Shown in pieces: positions 33,781 through 39,882 of a stretch of DNA of 39,882 nt. This stretch comes from Candidatus Bipolaricaulota bacterium. Lineage in GTDB: Bacteria; Bipolaricaulota; Bipolaricaulia; UBA7950; UBA9294. Position numbers and translations under genes: made by a program. The notes beneath the pieces were generated by a model. It ran no database searches. It saw only the letters and a program-made list of their open reading frames with translations, and was not told the origin of the DNA. Position 1 is the first letter of the stretch; the number at the start of each line of letters is the position of its first letter. The stretch is from contig JAYEMK010000029.1 in the NCBI GenBank assembly GCA_034718095.1, forward strand, positions 1 through 39,882, in the 5' to 3' direction.

Positions 33781-34692
33781 TTACGTAGAAAAGAGGGCAT
33801 CGACAAATTGCTCAGGGTAGAATTCGTGCAGGTCATCCTCCCTTTCCCCTACACCGATGTATTTCACCGGGAGTTTCAACCCCTCCCACACAGCGACCAC
33901 CACGCCCCCTTTTGCCGTACCATCCAGTTTGGTAAGGACAATCCCGGTTAGATCGATCGCCGCATGAAACAGCCTTGCCTGAGAGATTCCATTCTGGCCA
34001 ACCGTGGCATCGAGGACAAGCAACCTCTCATCTGACCCCCGCCCCAACCTCTTCTTGACCGTGCGCTCGATCTTTCGCAGCTCTTCCATGAGATTGTGGT
34101 CGGTCTGTAGCCGGCCCGCTGTGTCGATGAACAAGGCCCCACCTACCCGCTGTGCATGTTCGATCGCATCGAAGACAACAGCTGCTGGATCGGCACCAGG
34201 ACGCTGCTTGATCAGATCAGCGTCGACCCGTCCCGCCCAGGCGGCGAGCTGCTCGATTGCGGCCGCACGGAAGGTGTCAGCAGCGGCAAAGGTGATAGGG
34301 ATATCGGGGTTATCCTCACGCAGATGAGCGGCGAGTTTGGCGATCGTCGTCGTCTTGCCCGAGCCATTGACGCCAGCAACGTGGATCACTGTAGGCCCAG
34401 CGTCGTCCCGCAGACTGAGCACCCCGGCGCAGCCGGTCAATCGCTGGATAAGCCCCGCTCGCAGGGCTGCCAGTACGCCCTCTTCGCTCGTCGGGCTGGA
34501 CTCATTGAGCCCCTCCACCAGCTTCATCGCCGCCTGAGCCCCCACGTCACCGGCGATGAGAATCTCCTCGATCTCCTCCAGTTCCGTTTGCCCCAACCTT
34601 CCCCCGGCCTCAAGAACCCGCTCGATGGAGGAGGTCAACCTGGCCCTGGTCCGACTCAGCCCGTCCCGTAAACGGTCAACCCAGGCCATCAC
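33781..34692 (-). CDS. ftsY: signal recognition particle receptor FtsY (NG domain only)
   Basis: 303 aa with GVNGSGKTTTIAKLA (G1), DTAGRL (G3) and VLTKLDGTAKGG (G4). An ATGA overlap joins it to the argS stop. Confidence 0.95.
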   Translation of the reverse strand: MMAWVDRLRDGLSRTRARLTSSIERVLEAGGRLGQTELEEIEEILIAGDVGAQAAMKLVEGLNESSPTSEEGVLAALRAGLIQRLTGCAGVLSLRDDAGPTVIHVAGVNGSGKTTTIAKLAAHLREDNPDIPITFAAADTFRAAAIEQLAAWAGRVDADLIKQRPGADPAAVVFDAIEHAQRVGGALFIDTAGRLQTDHNLMEELRKIERTVKKRLGRGSDERLLVLDATVGQNGISQARLFHAAIDLTGIVLTKLDGTAKGGVVVAVWEGLKLPVKYIGVGEREDDLHEFYPEQFVDALFST

Positions 34693-36320
34693 ATCTCCTC
34701 TGGGGCGGACATCCCCATTATCTCCAGACTACGGTGCAAGACATTTTGTATGGCATAGACCAATGCCAGTCGGGCTCGGGTCAGGGCAACATCCTCCCCG
34801 AGGACACGATATTTACTGTAGTAGGTATGAAATGCACTGGCAAGCCCCAGGGTGTAGTCCGCGAGCAGGTGCGGGGCAAATTCCAGTGCGGCCTTTTTTA
34901 TCACGGCGGGAAAGCGATCGAGCCGTTTGATCAGGTCAAGCTCAGGCGGTTCCCGAAGTAGTGAAAGGTCGCTCTTTTCCGGCTCAGTAGTTTGAGAGTC
35001 CCCTCGACGAAATATCGATGCGATCCGGGTATGCGCGTACTGAATGTAATAGGCCGGGTTTTCCAATGACTGGGCCCGTGCCAATTCGAGGTCGAACTCC
35101 AGGTGGCTCTCGGGCTTGCGGGCGATCATGAAGTAACGGACCACATCAGGGCCAATCCACTCCACCAATGCCCGTAGTGAGATAAATCTACCCGCCCGGG
35201 TCGACATGCGTGCGGTCTGTTTCCCCTGTTTTATACTGACAAACTGGTGTACTGCATAATCGAGGAATTCCTCGGGAAGCCCGAGGATGCGTAGGCCCGC
35301 CTTTACACACGACTGTTCCACCTGGTGATCAGCACCCTGTACGTCGATCACCCGCTCAAAACCACGGCGGTATTTGTCGATGTGGTAGGCGATGTCAACC
35401 ATGAGGTAGGTCGCACGTTTATCATTGCGGATAAGCACAGAATCCTTAATCCCCCCATTATCCTCCGCCCTAAGCCAGACCGCGCCGTCCTTCTCGTACA
35501 CGCCGCCCCGCTCACGGAGCCGGTCAAGCACCTTGTCAATCTCACCTCGCTCATGCAGCGTGGACTCACTGAACCAGTTATTGAACTTTACCCCTAGCTG
35601 AGCAAGATCGTCCTTGATCATTTTTGTGATTCGTCTTACAGCTTCTGTGCGGAAAAAATCTTTTGATTTAGAAAAGTCTATTACATCGATTTCGTGATTT
35701 TCGCTCGCTAAGTCACGAGCAATGTCAATCAAATAGGGACCAGCATAACCATCTACAGGAATTTCCGCTTTTTTTAGGACCTTTTGTTCAAGATACCGTT
35801 CATATAGTGATTCAGCCAACAGATCGATCTGACGTCCCTCATCGTTGAAGTAGTATTCGCGCGTCACCTCGTAGCCTAGCGCAGAGTAAAGGGTCGCCAA
35901 CACATCCCCGAGGACAGCCTGGCGGCCGTGCCCAACCGTAAGCGGACCAGTAGGATTTGAGCTGACAAACTCGATCTGAAGTGATTTTCCGCCCCCGATG
36001 TCCGCCTCGCCAAACCGGTCTCCGGCCCGCAAGATACCCCGCAATGCTGACTGAATCTCCCCTTCTCGCAGGAAGAAATTGATGAACCCTGGCCCGGCAA
36101 TCTCCACATTGGCAAAGTTTCCCCCGGGCAGCGCATCGACGATGCGGGCCGCCAGCTCACGCGGATGAATCCCCACCTGCTTGGCCCCGACAAGGGCAAG
36201 ATTGGTAGAGAAATCCCCGTGTTCTGGCCGGGTAGCCGGTTGAACCTCCGCCTCAACCTCGGGAAATCCAAGGCCATTCCACGTCTCAACAAGAGAATGT
36301 CTAACGAAATTTTCTAGCAT
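34689..36320 (-). CDS. argS: arginine--tRNA ligase
   Basis: 543 aa with the class I signature SSNPTGPLTVGHGR, the MSTR (KMSKS-like) motif and a C-terminal anticodon-binding helical domain. Confidence 0.95.
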   Translation of the reverse strand: MLENFVRHSLVETWNGLGFPEVEAEVQPATRPEHGDFSTNLALVGAKQVGIHPRELAARIVDALPGGNFANVEIAGPGFINFFLREGEIQSALRGILRAGDRFGEADIGGGKSLQIEFVSSNPTGPLTVGHGRQAVLGDVLATLYSALGYEVTREYYFNDEGRQIDLLAESLYERYLEQKVLKKAEIPVDGYAGPYLIDIARDLASENHEIDVIDFSKSKDFFRTEAVRRITKMIKDDLAQLGVKFNNWFSESTLHERGEIDKVLDRLRERGGVYEKDGAVWLRAEDNGGIKDSVLIRNDKRATYLMVDIAYHIDKYRRGFERVIDVQGADHQVEQSCVKAGLRILGLPEEFLDYAVHQFVSIKQGKQTARMSTRAGRFISLRALVEWIGPDVVRYFMIARKPESHLEFDLELARAQSLENPAYYIQYAHTRIASIFRRGDSQTTEPEKSDLSLLREPPELDLIKRLDRFPAVIKKAALEFAPHLLADYTLGLASAFHTYYSKYRVLGEDVALTRARLALVYAIQNVLHRSLEIMGMSAPEEM

Positions 36321-36345
36321 AAGCTAAAAAGGAAAGGGGTTTTGA

Positions 36346-36606
36346 TTATTTCTCGATTATGAACCGAATTCCCGTCTTTTCTTCGCCCGCGATCTCAAGC
36401 TCTATGAACCCTGGGATGGCCTTGATCGAGGTCTCTTCGTCCTTTTCCACTAACCGCCTGGCAATCGCAATCGCCTTCACAGATTGATTGACCGCACCCG
36501 CCCCTATAGCGCGCAGCTCTACAACCCCGTCCTCTTCCAGGGCACCAGCGATCGCACCGGCCACAGAATTTGGGTTTGAACGAGACGCAACCTTCAGTAT
36601 CTCCAT
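36346..36606 (-). CDS. spoVS: SpoVS-family protein (stage V sporulation protein S homologue)
   Basis: 86 aa: MEILKVASRSNPNSVAGAIAGALEEDGVVELRAIGAGAVNQSVKAIAIARRLV.... The strong SD AGGAGG lies 6 nt upstream of the ATG at 36606. The longer ORF to 36753 is rejected. Confidence 0.9.
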   Translation of the reverse strand: MEILKVASRSNPNSVAGAIAGALEEDGVVELRAIGAGAVNQSVKAIAIARRLVEKDEETSIKAIPGFIELEIAGEEKTGIRFIIEK

Positions 36607-36704
36607 GACTGTCCTCCTATCAAATCTTTCGACGACATGCGTCCAAACCCTTATAATTCCAGTATAGCAGGGAGCCCTTCCCCTGTCAAAGATCTGGGTA
36701 TCGG

Positions 36705-36710
36705 TATAAT
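36705..36710 (+). promoter_or_regulatory. perfect -10 hexamer TATAAT immediately upstream of the 585-aa ORF
   Basis: TATAAT lies at 36705-36710 and the ATG at 36718, with only 7 nt between. A weak -35-like TGTCAA lies at 36684-36689 (15-nt spacer). Confidence 0.3.
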
Positions 36711-36717
36711 GTAAAGG

Positions 36718-38475
36718 ATGCGTAAACAGCGGTCCTGGCGAAAAATGCTGCACAGTCCCATCGGCGGGGTAATCACTGCCCTAATTATCTCTGCAGTGGG
36801 AATAGGACTTGCCATTATCATCAGCGCCTATGTCATCGGGCCCTTGACCACCCCTGAAAAGCGTGGGACCGTCACCTACCAAGATGATTACTTTCGCCTT
36901 CATTACAAGCGGGGATCTTCAGCACGGGCGGAACACCGGACCCTTGCGCTTGCCCTGAAACAAGAACTTGACGGGTTAGTTCAACTACTTCAAGTTGATC
37001 TAAACCTCCTCCCCGCCCCGATCGATGTCTTCGTTCATGACGACATCATGGCTATGCAAACCTCCATCCGCCTACGCAAAAGCCCCCTATCCAGCACAGT
37101 GTATTCCGCCCCCATCGATCTCCTGGCGGGAGAGGACCCACGTGGTCGACTGGCCGAGCTTGTGCTTGCGTTTGGCTGGGGAGAGTGCGGATCGCAGATC
37201 CTGCAGACAGGAATAAGGCTGTACGCAGCTGAGCCTGGACGTAACTTCCATGCCATCGTTGCGGCACTCCCGGACCGGATGTTTCTCTCCCTCCCTGAGC
37301 TCATCCGACTCGAAGAGATAGGGCGATTCCCGCGCAGTTTATATCAACGCTTTGACTCACCATATTCCCCCGCCATGGTCGGCTCGTTTGTCGATCTATC
37401 CCACATGCGCGTGGAGATATCTCCAGCGGATATCGCCCTCCTGGAGGCGGCATCGTTCGTCCAATTCTTGATTGAAAAGTGCGGGATGCAGGCACTAAAA
37501 GGGGCGTGGGAAGCAGGGATAGCAGGACAGCTACCGGAACAACTGAGCCTGAATTCAATCGCCCAGCTTGGATCAACATGGCGGGGGGTCGCGGTGAACC
37601 AAGGTAAAGATTCACCAGATTTTCCCTACCTATGTGCCTACTACCTGTTGAAAAACGGGGACCCTGACGCCGCTTACGAGAGGACGAGCAGCTGGGCTGT
37701 CCCCTCCCTCTCCGAGCAGGAATCCCTTTTGGCGGCACGCTGTGCCCTCACCGTGGGGGCGATCACGGATGTCGACCAGTTGGTTCAGCATCTCTCAAAC
37801 AGGGAAAAAAGGGACGAGTTTAAATGGATGCTGCCACAATTCGATGAATGGGGCGAAATGACGGACCCGAGACTGCGAATCTTCGCCCCGGTAGGATCGC
37901 TCCAGCGGCTTCTATCGATTGCCGAAGAGACCTACAATTCAATTGTTAAACGGCTCGACCTCTCCTCCGATAGCCTCCCAGAGAGGATCACCCTGTTTGT
38001 CTATCCAGACGAGGCGGCACGTGCCCGTGGGGCTCTACTCCTGCCCGACAGCGCCACGTTGCAACTCGTGGAGGATGATGATTTGGGCTACCGCCTCTGC
38101 GAGTTTATCCCCACCTATGCCTGGGGAAAAAATACCTATTCCAAGCTCCTGTGGGCCGGGCTTGCCGTTGCCCTATCGCGGGATGAGGAACTTCTTGCGG
38201 AACAGGGACGTCAGCTGCGTTGTACCGAGGAATGGGTTCCTTTGTCCTCGATCGATTTTGGTGTGGCCGAGCAAGAGACAGTCGAGGTGGAGGCCGGGCT
38301 TCTCCTTCATTATCTCCTTGAGACCTTCGGACCTCAAACCGTCCGCTCTATATGGACAGCCACCTCTTCACTTGATCGTTACCTGTCAGTCGACACAGCC
38401 CTGCAGGAGATCTGTGGGACCACCCGAGACGAAATAGAAAAAGCCCTTTTCTCCTCCATCCTGCGCTGCAATTGA
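36718..38475 (+). CDS. membrane-anchored hypothetical protein with an internal duplication (two degenerate MA-type peptidase-like halves, inferred)
   Basis: 585 aa. A single N-terminal TM helix (GGVITALIISAVGIGLAIIISAYVIG) is followed by two halves that align by eye:
- YFRLHY..LDGLVQLL..LPAPIDVFVHDD aligns with LRIFAP..YNSIVKRL..LPERITLFVYPDE.
- LAELVLAFGWGE..LQTGIRLY aligns with LCEFIPTYAWGK..LWAGLAVAL.
- EAASFVQFLIEKCG aligns with EAGLLLHYLLETFG.

No HEXXH motif is present. Confidence 0.7.
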   Translation: MRKQRSWRKMLHSPIGGVITALIISAVGIGLAIIISAYVIGPLTTPEKRGTVTYQDDYFRLHYKRGSSARAEHRTLALALKQELDGLVQLLQVDLNLLPAPIDVFVHDDIMAMQTSIRLRKSPLSSTVYSAPIDLLAGEDPRGRLAELVLAFGWGECGSQILQTGIRLYAAEPGRNFHAIVAALPDRMFLSLPELIRLEEIGRFPRSLYQRFDSPYSPAMVGSFVDLSHMRVEISPADIALLEAASFVQFLIEKCGMQALKGAWEAGIAGQLPEQLSLNSIAQLGSTWRGVAVNQGKDSPDFPYLCAYYLLKNGDPDAAYERTSSWAVPSLSEQESLLAARCALTVGAITDVDQLVQHLSNREKRDEFKWMLPQFDEWGEMTDPRLRIFAPVGSLQRLLSIAEETYNSIVKRLDLSSDSLPERITLFVYPDEAARARGALLLPDSATLQLVEDDDLGYRLCEFIPTYAWGKNTYSKLLWAGLAVALSRDEELLAEQGRQLRCTEEWVPLSSIDFGVAEQETVEVEAGLLLHYLLETFGPQTVRSIWTATSSLDRYLSVDTALQEICGTTRDEIEKALFSSILRCN

Positions 38476-38607
38476 CTGACAACAAAAGTTACTGTACTAT
38501 GATGATTGTTTAAAGGGCTGTTCACTAATCTGTTGCGGATGGGAGGTGATATTACAATAAGCAGGTTTCAAGACGCAATAGGTGAAACACAATAAGGAGG
38601 TAGAAAC

Positions 38608-39411
38608 ATGAATTTTTCTGGATTGCGGGTGTTTACCCTGGTTATTTGCGCAGCAACTCTATTTTCGCTGGTCGGGATGGGCCATACAGTGGCGGAGCTT
38701 GAGGCGATTGCCACGGATGAGTTCGTCCCGGAGATCAGTGCCGCTGCTGGAATCGCCCTTGCCAGCGACTATGCGGAGAGCAAGACAACAGCGGAGCTGG
38801 AGACCTTGGCCGCAACCGGTGCGACGATCGGTCTCCGTACCGCGGCGAGTCAGGCGCTCTCCATCGTCTACCGGGATAAGACCGAGGAAGAACTGACATC
38901 GATACTGACCGGAACGGCTGATCCGATGATCCGGGCAGCCGCGATTGGTCCCATACAGGAATACCTCATCACCACCACGAGTGAGGAGGAGGATTTTGTC
39001 CTAAGCGATTACCTGAAGGAGCTGGCTACAACGGGTGAGACCCACGAGATGAGGCTCGCCGCGGCCAAGGCCTATTACTTCGTAACACGGGGGGACCTGG
39101 AAGCCACATCCCTTGCCGAGCAGGCAAGAGAAAACGACAGCGAGGAGCTCGCCTACGCTGCCGGTGCCGCCCTTGCCGGGTTCTATCTTTCGTTTAACCC
39201 AAAGACACAGGCGGAACTGGAGGAGCTGGCAATAAATGGCGAAAGCGAGGGCCTGCGCGTAGCTGGTGGCATTGCGCTCGGAACGCTTCTCATAAATTCG
39301 GACCTGACGGCCCAAGACTTGCAAAACACCCTCCTCTCTATCACAGGGACGAAGAGTGCTGAGTATCGCGAGGCGTATAAAGCGGCGTTGACAAAGCGGT
39401 TTAGCTCCTGA
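38608..39411 (+). CDS. secreted acidic HEAT-like / alpha-helical repeat protein
   Basis: 267 aa. A strong SD AAGGAGG precedes the ATG, and a signal peptide (FTLVICAATLFSLVGMG) is present. It has about 7 repeats of ~30 aa with the pattern T.AELE.LA..G....LR.AA..AL, for example TTAELETLAATGATIGLRTAASQAL and TQAELEELAINGESEGLRVAGGIAL. Confidence 0.7.
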   Translation: MNFSGLRVFTLVICAATLFSLVGMGHTVAELEAIATDEFVPEISAAAGIALASDYAESKTTAELETLAATGATIGLRTAASQALSIVYRDKTEEELTSILTGTADPMIRAAAIGPIQEYLITTTSEEEDFVLSDYLKELATTGETHEMRLAAAKAYYFVTRGDLEATSLAEQARENDSEELAYAAGAALAGFYLSFNPKTQAELEELAINGESEGLRVAGGIALGTLLINSDLTAQDLQNTLLSITGTKSAEYREAYKAALTKRFSS

Positions 39412-39441
39412 GTAACCTAACGATTAATTAAGGAGGATAAA

Positions 39442-39882
39442 ATGAAAAAATTATTAATTATCGCAGCAGGCCTGCTGCTCGTGCTTTCCGCATCTGCCGT
39501 CACCCTGGGAGAAGGGTATGAGGCGATGCCGGCCGATGCCAAGATCATCCCGCTTGGAGAGGCGGAAACGGCATATGAGAACTTAGAGCCAGGGGTAGAG
39601 GGCGGGACTTTCTACATCGCCAGCATCAGTAACCCCAAGAAGTGGAATGACGTGACCGCGCACGAGACCAGCACCACCCAGTACACGCATCAGATGTTCA
39701 GGGGATTGACGGACATCAATCCTGTAACCGGGGCGCTTGAGCCGGAACTGGCCAAATCCTGGGAGATCTCCGAGGACGGGCTCGTGATTACCTTCCACCT
39801 GCGGGAGGGGATCAAGTGGTCCGATGGAGTACCGTTCACCGCGGACGACGTCCTATTCACCTACAATGACCTCATCTTCAAC
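39442..39882 (+). CDS. ABC transporter substrate-binding protein, family 5 (peptide/nickel type), N-terminal part; continues beyond the window
   Basis: Not in the ORF track because no stop is reached. The SD AAGGAGG lies 5 nt upstream of the ATG at 39442. Translation: MKKLLIIAAGLLLVLSASAVTLG...GGTFYIASISNPKKWNDV...FRGLTDINPVTGALEPELAKSWEISEDGLVITFHLREGIKWSDGVPFTADDVLFTYN, the typical family 5 SBP N-terminus. Confidence 0.85.
   Translation, partial: MKKLLIIAAGLLLVLSASAVTLGEGYEAMPADAKIIPLGEAETAYENLEPGVEGGTFYIASISNPKKWNDVTAHETSTTQYTHQMFRGLTDINPVTGALEPELAKSWEISEDGLVITFHLREGIKWSDGVPFTADDVLFTYNDLIFN

Noticed and set aside
36607-36753. 5' extensions of ORF-track ORFs: spoVS to 36753, pit from 29862, yraN to 20503 and the S9 peptidase from 2703.
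   Set aside because: In each case the conserved family sequence begins at an internal ATG, which also has a better SD or promoter context. The extension has no homology-like features or contains the predicted promoter.

Overview
This is a dense, visibly GC-rich stretch of bacterial core genome: 34 protein-coding genes (two cut by the window edges) and one tRNA. I found no transposase, integrase, CRISPR array or recognisable defence gene. Main blocks, all called from hand-read motifs in the translations:
- A partial division/cell-wall (dcw) cluster on the minus strand: ftsW-murG-murC-murB-ftsQ-ftsA-ftsZ.
- A tightly packed minus-strand array yraN-comM-bamA-skp-like-fabZ-ftcD, which implies an outer-membrane-type envelope. 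No lpx genes sit in their usual place.
- rpsO-pnp-M16 peptidase-coaD on the plus strand.
- A peptide/nickel-type ABC importer (two permeases and a binding protein, no ATPase), a PiT phosphate transporter, ppdK, ftsY-argS-spoVS, and S9 and M32 peptidases.
- A cluster of poorly characterised envelope proteins at the 3' end.

The most interesting region is 1.9-2.6 kb. A near-consensus promoter is followed by an element that matches, block by block, the c-di-GMP-I (GEMM-I) riboswitch as I remember it. Next comes a terminator hairpin that competes with the aptamer 3' strand. The controlled gene encodes a 108-aa protein that looks like a ribbon-helix-helix DNA-binding domain fused to an MshEN-type c-di-GMP receptor domain. 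This would be a possible two-tier c-di-GMP regulatory module.

Other points worth a second look:
- ftsQ has its transmembrane-encoding 5' part in a frame with no canonical start codon, one nucleotide out of frame from a GTG.
- PNPase carries a second S1 domain.
- A membrane-anchored protein is built from two degenerate peptidase-like halves.
- Families of 7-9-nt periodic, hairpin-forming repeats fill every long intergenic region.

All calls are hand-made. No database search, covariance model or folding program was run.
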